Assembly (NCBI GenBank): GCA_031409275.1 | Contig: JANNXA010000022.1 | Coordinates: 160,001 to 224,000 of the forward strand | Length of the DNA stretch: 64,000 bases | Direction of reading: 5' to 3' | Source of the DNA: Planctomycetota bacterium | Lineage (GTDB): Bacteria; Planctomycetota; B15-G4; SIAN01 | In this document: positions 1-9,551 of the stretch, one piece after another | Position numbering within the stretch: the stretch's first letter is position 1 | Layout of the letters: each line of letters starts with the position of its first letter | Made by a program: the position numbers and the translations under genes | Notes under the pieces: generated by a model | Told to the model about the DNA's origin: nothing | Seen by the model: only the letters and a program-made list of their open reading frames with translations | The model's database searches: none

Positions 1-201
1 CCCGCGTTCCTCACCAACCTCTGTCACCAGTTCCTTGCGCATGGCGTTGAACCGGAAGGGGAGCTTCTGCTCGATCCGGGCGAGGACGTCGTGGTCGAGC
101 GTCACTCCTTCGCCGCGGTGCGGCGCATGGTCGGCGATGGGACGATCCGCCACAGCCTCGTGCTCACCGCACTCGCTCGCGTCCTCGACCTGCGCGGGTG
201 A
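1..201 (+). CDS. NUDIX hydrolase (ADP-ribose pyrophosphatase-like), C-terminal fragment; 5' end outside window
   Basis: Frame 1 reads PAFLTNLCHQFLAHGVE...LDPGEDVVVE...GTIRHSLVLTAL with TGA at 199-201, matching the typical NUDIX C-terminus (NPAFxxN..H.FLA, LDxGEDI). Not in the ORF track because it has no start. Confidence 0.7.
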   Translation, partial: PAFLTNLCHQFLAHGVEPEGELLLDPGEDVVVERHSFAAVRRMVGDGTIRHSLVLTALARVLDLRG

Positions 202-369
202 CCCGCTACCGCGCAACCGTTTCGTAGCGCGCGCGCCAATCGTTTTCCTGGCCTGCGCAATCGTCGATCACGAGCACCCAGTCGCGCCATCGCCCGTGTC
301 GATCGATCCCGAGTCGCCGCTCTCCGCCGCATCTCCGTGGCGGTCGCGGCAGCCGGGAGTGCCGTTCGT

Positions 370-1731
370 ATGCAACTGGGACTGCGCGCAAAGTTCGGGC
401 TCGGAATCGGTTTCCTCTCGCTGGCCGCGTGCGGCGCGAAGGTGAAAAGTCCGAGTCGTGTTCCTTACGTCGAAGTCTGGCCGCTCGCCCAGTTCGGCGA
501 TCTCGAGCAGGACTACGGCGCCTCGCTTGCGCTGGCGGACAGCGACGCCGACGGTGACCGCGAGCTGATCGTTGGCGCCCCCGCCCGCGATCCGGCGATG
601 GACGGGGTCGTGCTGTTCGTCTCGCTCGGAACGTTGACGGTCGTGAATGCGGTGCTGCCGTGGCGCCCGTCCGGCGACGACTCCGCTCATCACGACGAGT
701 TCGGCCGGAGCCTGGTCTGGGGCGACTGGAATCGAGATACGCGCCTCGATCTGGCCGTCGGCGATCCTGGGGCCGACGTCGGCAACGTCGGGAACGCCGG
801 CGAGGTGTGGGTCTTCTTCGGGCCGATCGACTCGGCGGTGGCGACGCGGATCTCGAGCAGCGTGCCCGCCAGCGGCGCCCGGTTCGGAGAGACGCTGGCC
901 GCCGGCGACTACGACTTCGATGGTTACCAGGACCTCGCGATCGGCGCCCCGCATCCGGCCGATGTCGCGGTGGATGCCGATGGTCCCTCGCTCGAAGTGC
1001 TCTACGGTCCCGATTTCTCGCGCCGCGAACGCTGGGAAGCGGGCGGTGCCGGCGGTTCCTTCGGCGCGGCGTTGGTGAGCGTTCCGCAGCCGGGTGGCGG
1101 CGCGGCGCTGGTGGCCGGTGCGCCGGAGTTCGCGCACGCCGACGGAGCGCAGGGCGGCCTGTTCGCGTGGGAGCGCTTCGTCGACGCGTCCGCGCGTCGA
1201 GTCGGCTCGCCGCGCGCCGCCGACGCCGAGCTTGGCCGTGCGGGCAGCTACGGCGATTTCGATGGCGACGGGGACGGCGAACTCGCCGTCGCGGCATTGG
1301 CCGGCCGTGGCGCGGTCTACTTCTTCGAGCGCGACCAGTTCCGCGAACAGGGCCGCCTCACGCTGCCATCGGTCCTCACCGCACGCGCGGGTGCCCCGCT
1401 CTTCACGACGCCCGACCTCACCGGCGACCACGCCGAAGAACTGCTCCTGCTTTCCGCTCGCGCCGAGGACCCGGCGGCGCTGCTCTTCTCGCCCGGTCGC
1501 GGGCTCGCGCACCTCGCGCTCGATTTCGCGGCGGCTTCGGCGATCTCCGCCAACTTCGACTGGGACGACGCGCCCGAGCTCCTGCTCGCCACGCCCACCG
1601 GCTTGCGATCGGGTGGCGGTCTCTCGCAGCTCAGCCTCGTCGATGTCAGCTGGCAGGACGTGCATTCGCTCGCGTCGCCGAGGCCGGCTCCGATCGTGAT
1701 CCCCGGCATCGCCGCGCTGCGCGAGCGCTGA
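370..1731 (+). CDS. FG-GAP (integrin alpha-like) repeat lipoprotein
   Basis: Lipobox-like LAAC after a hydrophobic stretch. Repeats include YGASLALADSDADGDRELIVGAP, FGRSLVWGDWNRD, FGETLAAGDYDFDG and GDFDGDGDGE. Start set to ATG 370. Confidence 0.8.
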   Translation: MQLGLRAKFGLGIGFLSLAACGAKVKSPSRVPYVEVWPLAQFGDLEQDYGASLALADSDADGDRELIVGAPARDPAMDGVVLFVSLGTLTVVNAVLPWRPSGDDSAHHDEFGRSLVWGDWNRDTRLDLAVGDPGADVGNVGNAGEVWVFFGPIDSAVATRISSSVPASGARFGETLAAGDYDFDGYQDLAIGAPHPADVAVDADGPSLEVLYGPDFSRRERWEAGGAGGSFGAALVSVPQPGGGAALVAGAPEFAHADGAQGGLFAWERFVDASARRVGSPRAADAELGRAGSYGDFDGDGDGELAVAALAGRGAVYFFERDQFREQGRLTLPSVLTARAGAPLFTTPDLTGDHAEELLLLSARAEDPAALLFSPGRGLAHLALDFAAASAISANFDWDDAPELLLATPTGLRSGGGLSQLSLVDVSWQDVHSLASPRPAPIVIPGIAALRER

Positions 1732-1746
1732 GACGATCGGCGCGAG

Positions 1747-2567
1747 TCAGCGGTCGCGGCGCCGCAGCGCGCCGAGCACGCAGCAGACGACGAACAGGCC
1801 CGCGAGCGCCAGCACCACCGCGCCACCGGTCGGCACGGTGAACCAGGTCGAGAGGAGCAGCCCGAACACGCCGCCGAGCAGAGCGATGGCGATGCTCGCC
1901 GCGACGTGACCGCGCAACGTGGTCGCGATCTGGCGCCCGGCCGCCGCCGGGATCACCACCCACGCCTCGACCAGCAGCGCGCCGACCACTTTGAGGCTCG
2001 CCACGATGGTGGCCGTCAGCAGCAGCACGAAGAGGTAGTCGAGCCGCGTGCGCTGGCTTGCCGTGGTTGGCGCGACCGCAGGCGCGACACTGTCGAGGAG
2101 CAGGGCGTTGTAGTGGCGCGCCAGGAACGCGGCCGCGATGAGGAGCAGCGCGCCCAGCAGCGCGAGGTCGCCGTTCGTCACGGTGAGCAGGCTGCCGAAC
2201 ATCAGCGCTTCGATCTGGTGGACGTTGAAGCGTTGCGTCACCGCGACGAGCAGGCAGATCCCAAGCCCCAGCGTGAACGCGACGAAGACGCCGATCAGCG
2301 TGTCCGCCGGAAGCGCCGCGCGCCGCTTGAGCCACACCATTCCCAGCGCCGCCAGCAGGCAGAAGCCGAACATGCCGCCGTACGGCGCGGCGATCGGTTC
2401 CCCGAGCGCCAGCCCGATGGTGAGTCCGGTGAGCGCCGCCTGGCCGAGCGCGGTCGACAGGAAGGCGAGCCGCCGCGCGACCACGAGGTGCGACAGCGTG
2501 CCGAGCAGCGGCGCCAGCAGCAGCACGGCGGCGAGTCCGCGTTGCAGGAACGGGAAGTCGAGCCAGT

Positions 2568-2571
<4 letters not shown>
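1747..2571 (-). CDS. Metal ABC transporter permease (ZnuB/FpvE-like)
   Basis: Highly hydrophobic; RRLAFLSTALGQAAL, LMFGSLLTV, LKVVGALLVEA..VIPAAAG motifs of the ABC-3 family; 4-bp overlap with the ATPase gene. Confidence 0.9.
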
Positions 2572-3196
<625 letters not shown>

Positions 3197-3200
<4 letters not shown>

Positions 3201-4144
3201 TGTTTCTGCGCCGCGGGCTTCAACGCGCGCACGATCGTCGCGGCGTTCTGAGCCATCTCCTGCTCGAACTTCTCATCGGTGTAGTCGCCCGTCGCGACGT
3301 GCGAGAGGAGGAACACGTCGGCCTGCGCCGACTGCCGCACCACGTCGAGCAACGCCGGCGGAAAGCTCTCCTCGCTGAAGAGGACGCGCAGCTGCCGGTC
3401 GCGCAGCTCGGTGATCGCGTGGCCGAGTTCGAGCGCCGACGGGACCAATCCGTGCGCGGGCTCGATCACGACGGCGACTTCGATCCCGAACTCCTGCAGC
3501 AGGTAGGCGTAGCCATCGTGAACGGTCGCGACGCGCGCCGCTTCGACGTCGGCGAGCTCGAGCGCTGCCGCCGCCTTGATCTTGCGCAGCTTGCGGGCGT
3601 ACTCGCCGGCGTTCTTGCGGAACAGCGGCGCGAGCTCGGGGCGCAGCTCGCTGAGCGCGTGCTCGATCGCGTAGGTCTGCTGGATGGCGTTCGTGAACGA
3701 GAGGAAGGTGTGGCTGTTGATCGCTTCGCCGTGTGCGCCGTGCAGGGTCGGCGTCGCGTCGCTGGGTCGGATGCGCAGCAACCGGCCATTGCCGGAGGCG
3801 ACGATCATCGGTTCGAGGAAGTCGTCATGGCCCAGTCCGTTCACGACCACGGCATCGAGGTCGGCGAGCTTCGCGATGCCGGCGGCGCGCGGCTGGTAGT
3901 TCCCGGCGTCGACGTCGCCTGGCAGCAGCGGGCGCACTTCGACGTCGCTGCCGGCGACCACGGCGCGCGTCCATGAGTAGTAGGGATGGAGCGTGACGCC
4001 GACCTTGAGCGGGGCTGCCGTGCGCGGCATCGGTTGAGCGGGCAGAGCGGACGCCGGAGGAGCCTGCGCTGCCGCCTCGGCGGTTGCCGCGATGAGCCAG
4101 CAGAGGAGGGTGGCGCAGACGTCGCGACGATCGAGGCGAATCAT
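3197..4144 (-). CDS. Metal ABC transporter substrate-binding protein (cluster A-I, FpvC-like)
   Basis: Signal peptide; GVTLHPYYS, NGLGHDDF, NSHTFLS, VHDGYAYLLQEFG, EPAHG, LSH motifs resemble Pseudomonas FpvC as I recall it. Confidence 0.88.
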
Positions 4145-4854
4145 GGAGAGCGCTCCGGCGGCGACGATTCGTTGGTTCGAGCCGATGGACCGATGAGGAC
4201 CTGCCGCAATCCGTGCAGCGCTGGATCGGCGAGGAATCCCTCCGGCAGCGCGCTGGCGCCATCGGTCGCGATCCAGAAAGAGACGTGAAGCAGCGTGCCG
4301 TCGCGCAGCCGCCGATGCTGCTCGTCGAGCGCGACGGGCACCCGCGGGTCGCGGCCCTCGAGCTCTCCTGGCTGCGGCTCGAGGATCTGCAACAGGAGCG
4401 CGCCAGCCGTCGCTCCCGCGGCGGGTCGTCCGATGTACTGCCAGGCGCCGGCGCGCTGCTCGCGGGCGAAAGTCGCGTCACGCTTCGCGGCAGCGCCCGC
4501 GAACGGCTCGATGCCATCGGCCGCGAGGGTCGCGACGTCGGGCCATGCGCCGACCTCGTCGCGCAGGCGCAGCAGTTCGAGGGCGGCCTCGTGCAGCTCA
4601 CGAACCGCGCGCTGCGCCGAGCCCGGCAGACCAGCGAAGAGGCGCTGCCAAGGCTGCTCGGTTGCGGCGTTGTCGGCGCCGCCGAGCGCTTGGTTGCCGC
4701 GGCCGATCCAGAGCAGCGCCACGACGGCAATCGCAACCGCGGCCCGCACCACCGCCGCCGTCTCGCCACGCCGGTCGGGCGGCGTCACGGTGACGAGTCG
4801 CGAGTCGTCGCCTTGCTGGCCGCGGTTGGCGTTCGTAGCGTCGTCCACAATCAT
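4141..4854 (-). CDS. Membrane-anchored protein, DUF6162/FpvK-like
   Basis: VTPPDRRGETAAV followed by one TM helix, then AALELLRLRDE..WPDVATLAADGIEPFA; 4-bp overlap with the SBP gene; ATG 4854 in frame with the 4141 stop. Confidence 0.6.
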   Translation of the reverse strand: MIVDDATNANRGQQGDDSRLVTVTPPDRRGETAAVVRAAVAIAVVALLWIGRGNQALGGADNAATEQPWQRLFAGLPGSAQRAVRELHEAALELLRLRDEVGAWPDVATLAADGIEPFAGAAAKRDATFAREQRAGAWQYIGRPAAGATAGALLLQILEPQPGELEGRDPRVPVALDEQHRRLRDGTLLHVSFWIATDGASALPEGFLADPALHGLRQVLIGPSARTNESSPPERSP

Positions 4855-4929
4855 GCTCGAGCAACGAAAGTCGTGGCGGGATCGGATGGCGTGCGGCGCA
4901 GACGTTAGCTCCACGTCGAGGGGACGCGC

Positions 4930-5721
4930 GTGAGCGATCCGCTGCCCCCGCCGGCGCTCTCCGTGCGCGAGCTGCTCACGCTGAACGCGGCGGCGACGGC
5001 GACCCAGCTTCCGGCGCTGCTGCTGCTCACGCTGCTCTTCAGTGCGCCCAACGGCTGGCTCGACTGGCGCGATGCTGAACAGCTCGCGACGGGCGCCAAG
5101 GAGCACCTCTCGCCGTGGTGGCTCGGGCTCGCCGTCGCGCTCGCGACTGACACCGTACTGCAGGGCATGGCGAGCGGACTCGCGTTGCGCCGCCTGGCCG
5201 GGGCCCCCGCTTCGCTCGCCGAAGCGTTTTCTCTGCCGATCCGCCAGCTGCTGGCGCTCCTGGTCATCGCGCTGTCGCTGGCAGCGCTGGCGCTGGTGGC
5301 CGTCGGGTTGCCGGGCGCGCTCTACTCGGCGCAACCCAACCTCTCCACTCTGGTGGTCTTCGCCGCCGGCGCGATCGTCACGCTGATCGCGTCGTCGGGG
5401 TGGCTGCTGGCAGTGCCGCTGGTGATGGCGGAGCGGCTTGGCCCGCTCGCCGCCCTCGCACGCAGCTGGCAGCTCACCAACGGGGTGCGACGCAAGTGCT
5501 TCGTGCTGCGCGCGCTGCAGGGCGTCGCCGTCATCGCCGCCGCGCAGTCGGGGGTCGCGCTGGGGGAAGCTTCGGCGGAAGGCGGCGGCGTGCTGTTCGC
5601 ATTCGCGCTGCGCGTCTTCGCGACCGCGCTCCTGATCCTGTTGCCGACGGTGACCTACGTGCGGCTGCTCGCGGTGCGCGGTGAAGCGCTGCCCGAGAAA
5701 CTCGAGGAGCTGTTCCGATGA
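4930..5721 (+). CDS. Hypothetical integral membrane protein (about 5-6 TM)
   Basis: Hydrophobic helices; PLVMAERLGPLAALARSWQLT motif typical of the glycerophosphodiester-phosphodiesterase membrane-domain-like family; overlaps the next start. Confidence 0.7.
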   Translation: MSDPLPPPALSVRELLTLNAAATATQLPALLLLTLLFSAPNGWLDWRDAEQLATGAKEHLSPWWLGLAVALATDTVLQGMASGLALRRLAGAPASLAEAFSLPIRQLLALLVIALSLAALALVAVGLPGALYSAQPNLSTLVVFAAGAIVTLIASSGWLLAVPLVMAERLGPLAALARSWQLTNGVRRKCFVLRALQGVAVIAAAQSGVALGEASAEGGGVLFAFALRVFATALLILLPTVTYVRLLAVRGEALPEKLEELFR

Positions 5722-6539
5722 GCGAGGCGGCACGCCGAGATGGCTCGCGCTACCACGTCAGCGACGAGGAGAAGGCGCGATTCGCGGCCGACGGCTGGGT
5801 CCATCTGAAAGGGGTCCTGTCGGTCGAGGAGCTGGCGGCAGTCGCCATCGACTACGAGCGCTTCCTGCGTCGCGAGATCGCGGTCGCCGGCAAGGACTTC
5901 TGCGACATGTCCGGCGACTACGACAAGCCGGTCGAGTCGTTTGCGATCGTGAACGTGATGCTGCCACGCCGCTACCACCCCGCCTGGCAGGGCAGCCTGT
6001 ACGAACAGCGCGCCCACTCCATCGCCGAGCAGCTGCAAGGGCCGGGGATGGCGCTCGACTACGACCAACTCCTGGCCAAGCGTCCGCAGCGACCGGACGC
6101 GGTCTTCGCCTGGCATCAAGACCTCGCCTACTGGCCGACCGATACGCCGGATACGCGCACCGCCACCTGCTGGCTCGCGCTCGATGACTCGACGCCCGAG
6201 AACGGCTGCATGCGCTTCGTTTCGGGGACGCAGGCGGCGCCGCTGCGCCCCCACCGGCCGCTGCATGGCGACCGCTCGAAGTCGCACACGCTGGTGACCG
6301 ACCTCGTGAAGGGCGATCGAGTGACGCTGGCCCGCCTCGCGCGCGGTGACATCACCGTTCACGACGAGCGGGTGCTGCACGGGTCGGGCGGCAACGCGAG
6401 CAGCGGATGGCGTCGCGCCTACATCGTCGCCTTTCGCAGCGCCGCCACCGTCGCCGAGGAGCGCCGCCGCGGCTTCACCCACTCGCACAACGACGAGGCC
6501 AACGTGCTCGATCGCGTCGGGTTCGCGCAGGGGCGCTGA
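5718..6539 (+). CDS. Phytanoyl-CoA dioxygenase family (Fe/2OG) protein
   Basis: F..DGW, WHQD (HxD), [15 protein letters not shown], distal HGSGGN...RRA. Confidence 0.9.
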   Translation: MSEAARRDGSRYHVSDEEKARFAADGWVHLKGVLSVEELAAVAIDYERFLRREIAVAGKDFCDMSGDYDKPVESFAIVNVMLPRRYHPAWQGSLYEQRAHSIAEQLQGPGMALDYDQLLAKRPQRPDAVFAWHQDLAYWPTDTPDTRTATCWLALDDSTPENGCMRFVSGTQAAPLRPHRPLHGDRSKSHTLVTDLVKGDRVTLARLARGDITVHDERVLHGSGGNASSGWRRAYIVAFRSAATVAEERRRGFTHSHNDEANVLDRVGFAQGR

Positions 6540-6569
6540 GCCAGCGGCGGCAGCGCGCCAGCCGTTGTC

Positions 6570-7325
6570 TCACGCGCGGCTGCGTGCCCCGATGGCGACG
6601 GCGATCGCGACAACGACCAGCACCAGCGCGAAGCTGCGCTGCAACGCCGAGGCGGCCATTCGCGGTGCGACGACCACGCCGAACGCGCTGCCGACGCTCC
6701 CGACCGCTGCGACGAGGCCGACCAGCGCGAGGTCGATCGTGACGCCACCGCGAGCGTGGTGGGCGGCGAAGGCCACGCTCGAGTTGATCGCGATCACCAC
6801 CAGGCTCGTCGCTGCCGCGCGCGCGATCGGAAGGCCGCCGAACAGCAACATCGCCGGCACCAGCAGGAAGCCGCCGCCGACCCCGAGGAACCCGGTCAAC
6901 ACCCCCACTCCAACGGCGGCGCTGACGGCCTTGGCCGGCTGCCAGGCGGTTGGATCGCCCGGGACTTTCGGGGCGACGGCACGACGCCACAGGGCCACCG
7001 CCGCGCTGGCAACCAGCGCCGAGAAGGCGAGTTCCGTCGCGCGCTCCGGCACCGCGGCGTGGAGGCGCGCGCCGATCGGAGCGCCGAGCGCGCCGACTGC
7101 CGCGAAGAGGAACGCGATGCGGAGGTCGACGAGTCTCCGGCGCGCTTGCATCAAGGCGCCGACCGCGCTGATCAGCGCGACGATCACCAGCGATTCGACC
7201 GTTGCCTGATGTGGCGTTCGGTGGAGCAGCAGCGTCAGCAACGGAACCGTGAGGATCGAGCCGCCCGACCCGAACAGGCCGAGGCTGACTCCGACGACGG
7301 CGGCGCCGATCCAGGCGGCGATCAT
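6570..7325 (-). CDS. Sulfite exporter TauE/SafE family
   Basis: Duplicated G-rich motifs [14 protein letters not shown] and [13 protein letters not shown], plus AAATSL; ATGA overlap with the upstream gene stop. Confidence 0.9.
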   Translation of the reverse strand: MIAAWIGAAVVGVSLGLFGSGGSILTVPLLTLLLHRTPHQATVESLVIVALISAVGALMQARRRLVDLRIAFLFAAVGALGAPIGARLHAAVPERATELAFSALVASAAVALWRRAVAPKVPGDPTAWQPAKAVSAAVGVGVLTGFLGVGGGFLLVPAMLLFGGLPIARAAATSLVVIAINSSVAFAAHHARGGVTIDLALVGLVAAVGSVGSAFGVVVAPRMAASALQRSFALVLVVVAIAVAIGARSRA

Positions 7326-8623
7326 CGCCGCGGAGCCGCGCAGCCTCCGGCCGAGCAGCCCCCACCCTCCGCGGTCGCGGACATCGGCGCGGCGCTCGAG
7401 CGATTCCATGGCATGCGCGCCAACAGCAGCCCCATCCCGCACCAGTCGGTGATTCCGGCGAAGAGGAGGCCACCGCCGACGAACGCGGCGAGACCGACGA
7501 ATGCCGGATGGAGCAGCAGCGCCAACACGGAGGAGAGCAGGACGAGGCTGCCGGCGACGATTCGCACCTGCCGTTCGAGCGAGAGGCGCGCCCGCCCCTT
7601 CACGGTGTCAACGCCCGCGGCGCGCAGCGCTTCGAGCCCTCCTTCGACGACCGTCGTTCCGCCGACGCCGAGCGCCAAGAGCCGCTCCTGCGCCTGCGCT
7701 GCGCGAGCGCCGGTTCGGCAGAGCAGCAGGCGTGGCGCTGCCACTTTGCGGATCTCGTCGATTCGCCCTTCGAGTTGATCGAGCGCTACCAGGCGCGATC
7801 CGTCGACATGCTCCGTCTCGAATTCGGCTCCGCTGCGCACATCGATCACGCTGTGGGCGCTGCCGTTGGCGATGCGTGCCACGAGTTCGGCTGCCGGAAG
7901 CGAGGCGGCGATGGGCGCGCCGTCGCGATTCAGCGCCAGCAGCAGCTCCATGTTCGCGGGACGCGGCGGCCCCGGCCCCGCCAGCGCCTTCGCGAAGGCG
8001 TCGCGGTCGGCGTGGGCCAGCCAAGGATTGTCGCGCCTCTGTCCACCCAGGGTGCTCTCGATCCGGCCGTGGTAGTCGTGGCCGGGAAACAGGCGGGTGG
8101 TGTCGGGCAGTTCGCGCAGCAACCGCTGCAACGTGTCGAACAGGACGCGTGCGTCGCCCCCGAGGAAGTCGGCGCGCGCGATGGTGTCGATCAGCAACGT
8201 GTCGCCGGCGAAGAGCGCGTCGCCAATCACCAGCACGAGATGATCTTGCGTATGACCGGGCGCGTGGAGCACCCGCACGCGCTGCTCACCCAGCGGCAGT
8301 TCCTCACCGTCGGCCGGCATGCGCGTCACTCCGCGATGAGCCGCCAGCGGATGGGCAACGCGGGTCGCTTGCAGTCGGATCGCGAGGGAGGCCGATCCGG
8401 AGGGGTGATCGGCGTGGGTGTGGGTGTCGACGACGAAATCGACCGTGAGCTGGTCGCGGTTCACTCGATCGACGATCGCATCGACGAGATCGAGATGCGG
8501 GTCGACCACGAGCGCGCGTCGGGAAGGCGCGTCCGCGACGAGCCAGCTGCGGCACCCTTGCGGGTGGAGGAACGGGACGACGACGAGGTGGCTCGCGGAA
8601 CGGGTGGGCGCATCGAGTTTCAT
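7322..8623 (-). CDS. Persulfide dioxygenase-like MBL hydrolase + rhodanese + YgaP/DUF2892 membrane domain fusion
   Basis: THTHADH, PGHT, GDTL and PGHDY (ETHE1/MBL); IDVRSGAEF and CRTGAR (rhodanese); LERQVRIVAG...GITDWCGMGLLLARMPWN (YgaP); RBS CAGGAG upstream of ATG 8623. Confidence 0.88.
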   Translation of the reverse strand: MKLDAPTRSASHLVVVPFLHPQGCRSWLVADAPSRRALVVDPHLDLVDAIVDRVNRDQLTVDFVVDTHTHADHPSGSASLAIRLQATRVAHPLAAHRGVTRMPADGEELPLGEQRVRVLHAPGHTQDHLVLVIGDALFAGDTLLIDTIARADFLGGDARVLFDTLQRLLRELPDTTRLFPGHDYHGRIESTLGGQRRDNPWLAHADRDAFAKALAGPGPPRPANMELLLALNRDGAPIAASLPAAELVARIANGSAHSVIDVRSGAEFETEHVDGSRLVALDQLEGRIDEIRKVAAPRLLLCRTGARAAQAQERLLALGVGGTTVVEGGLEALRAAGVDTVKGRARLSLERQVRIVAGSLVLLSSVLALLLHPAFVGLAAFVGGGLLFAGITDWCGMGLLLARMPWNRSSAAPMSATAEGGGCSAGGCAAPRR

Positions 8624-8663
8624 GACGGGCTCCTGCGGGTGGACGAGTCGCTCTTCCGGCAGG

Positions 8664-8691
8664 AGAGAGGCACGTTCCACGCCAGCGTTCC
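8664..8691 (-). promoter_or_regulatory. Candidate ECF-sigma promoter (GGAAC-N16-CCTCT) for the dioxygenase-tauE unit
   Basis: Minus strand reads GGGAAC GCTGGCGTGGAACGTG CCTCTCT within the 112-bp gap between the sigma and MBL genes. Confidence 0.3.
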
Positions 8692-8735
8692 CGCGGAGGA
8701 GCGCGACGCCACCCGCACGCGCGGGCGGCGCGCCG

Positions 8736-9551
8736 CTAGGAGGTGGACGCTCCTTCACGCAGTTCGCGTGCGAGCCAGTCGCGCAGCGGCTGGGGGAGTT
8801 TTCCTTCGCCAAGCTCGCGGCACAGCTCCTGCCCCCAGTCGAGCGAGGCGAAGACCGTCGCGCACCGCTCGCAGACGAGCCCACGCGGGAACTCGAAGGC
8901 GACCCCGCGATCGAGTGCCTCCTGCTTGGCGCGCAGCAAGTCGAGGCAGAGCTGGCGCTCGTATCGCGGCGGTGCCACCGCCTCCCGTGGCAGCACCGCC
9001 TCGAGTGCCGCGCGCAGCCGCAATCGGGCGCGATGGACGCGCGTGCGGACCGTGGCGGGCTCGATCCCGAGCAGCGCCGCCACCTCGCTCACCTCGAGTC
9101 CGACGATCTCGCGCAGCACCAACGGCAGCCGGAAATCGAGCGGCAACTCCGCGATGGCCGCCTCGAGTTGCTGCTTCGCTTCGCGGCGGACGGCCGCGGC
9201 GACCGGAGTCGAGTCGTCGGGAACCGTTCCGAGCAGCGGTGCCGCGAACAGCGCCTCCGGATCGAGCGGCGCGAGTTCCGTCGGAGCCCCGGCGCGCGGG
9301 CGGTGCATGCGCTGGCAGGCGCGAGCGGCGATCGACCAGAGCCACGTCGCCGGCGATGAGCGCCCTTCGAAGCGATCCCACGCGCGCCACGCCTGCAGGA
9401 AGGTCTCCTGCACCAGCTCACGCGCCTGCTCGTCATCGCCGCAGAAGCGCCGACCGAGTGCGTAGAGGCGGCTGCCCTGCTCGTCGACCAGTCGCGGCAG
9501 CGCTTGCGCGCGCGGGTCGCCTGCGCGAACGGGTGGCGACGTCTCGCTCAA
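8736..9551 (-). CDS. ECF RNA polymerase sigma factor with Cys-rich C-terminal extension
   Basis: Region 2 ELVQETFLQAWRAWDRFEGRSSPATWLWSIA; region 4 LREIVGLEVSEVAALLGIEPATVRTRVHRARLRL; tail C...CERC...C; TTG start overlaps the upstream TGA. Confidence 0.9.
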   Translation of the reverse strand: MSETSPPVRAGDPRAQALPRLVDEQGSRLYALGRRFCGDDEQARELVQETFLQAWRAWDRFEGRSSPATWLWSIAARACQRMHRPRAGAPTELAPLDPEALFAAPLLGTVPDDSTPVAAAVRREAKQQLEAAIAELPLDFRLPLVLREIVGLEVSEVAALLGIEPATVRTRVHRARLRLRAALEAVLPREAVAPPRYERQLCLDLLRAKQEALDRGVAFEFPRGLVCERCATVFASLDWGQELCRELGEGKLPQPLRDWLARELREGASTS

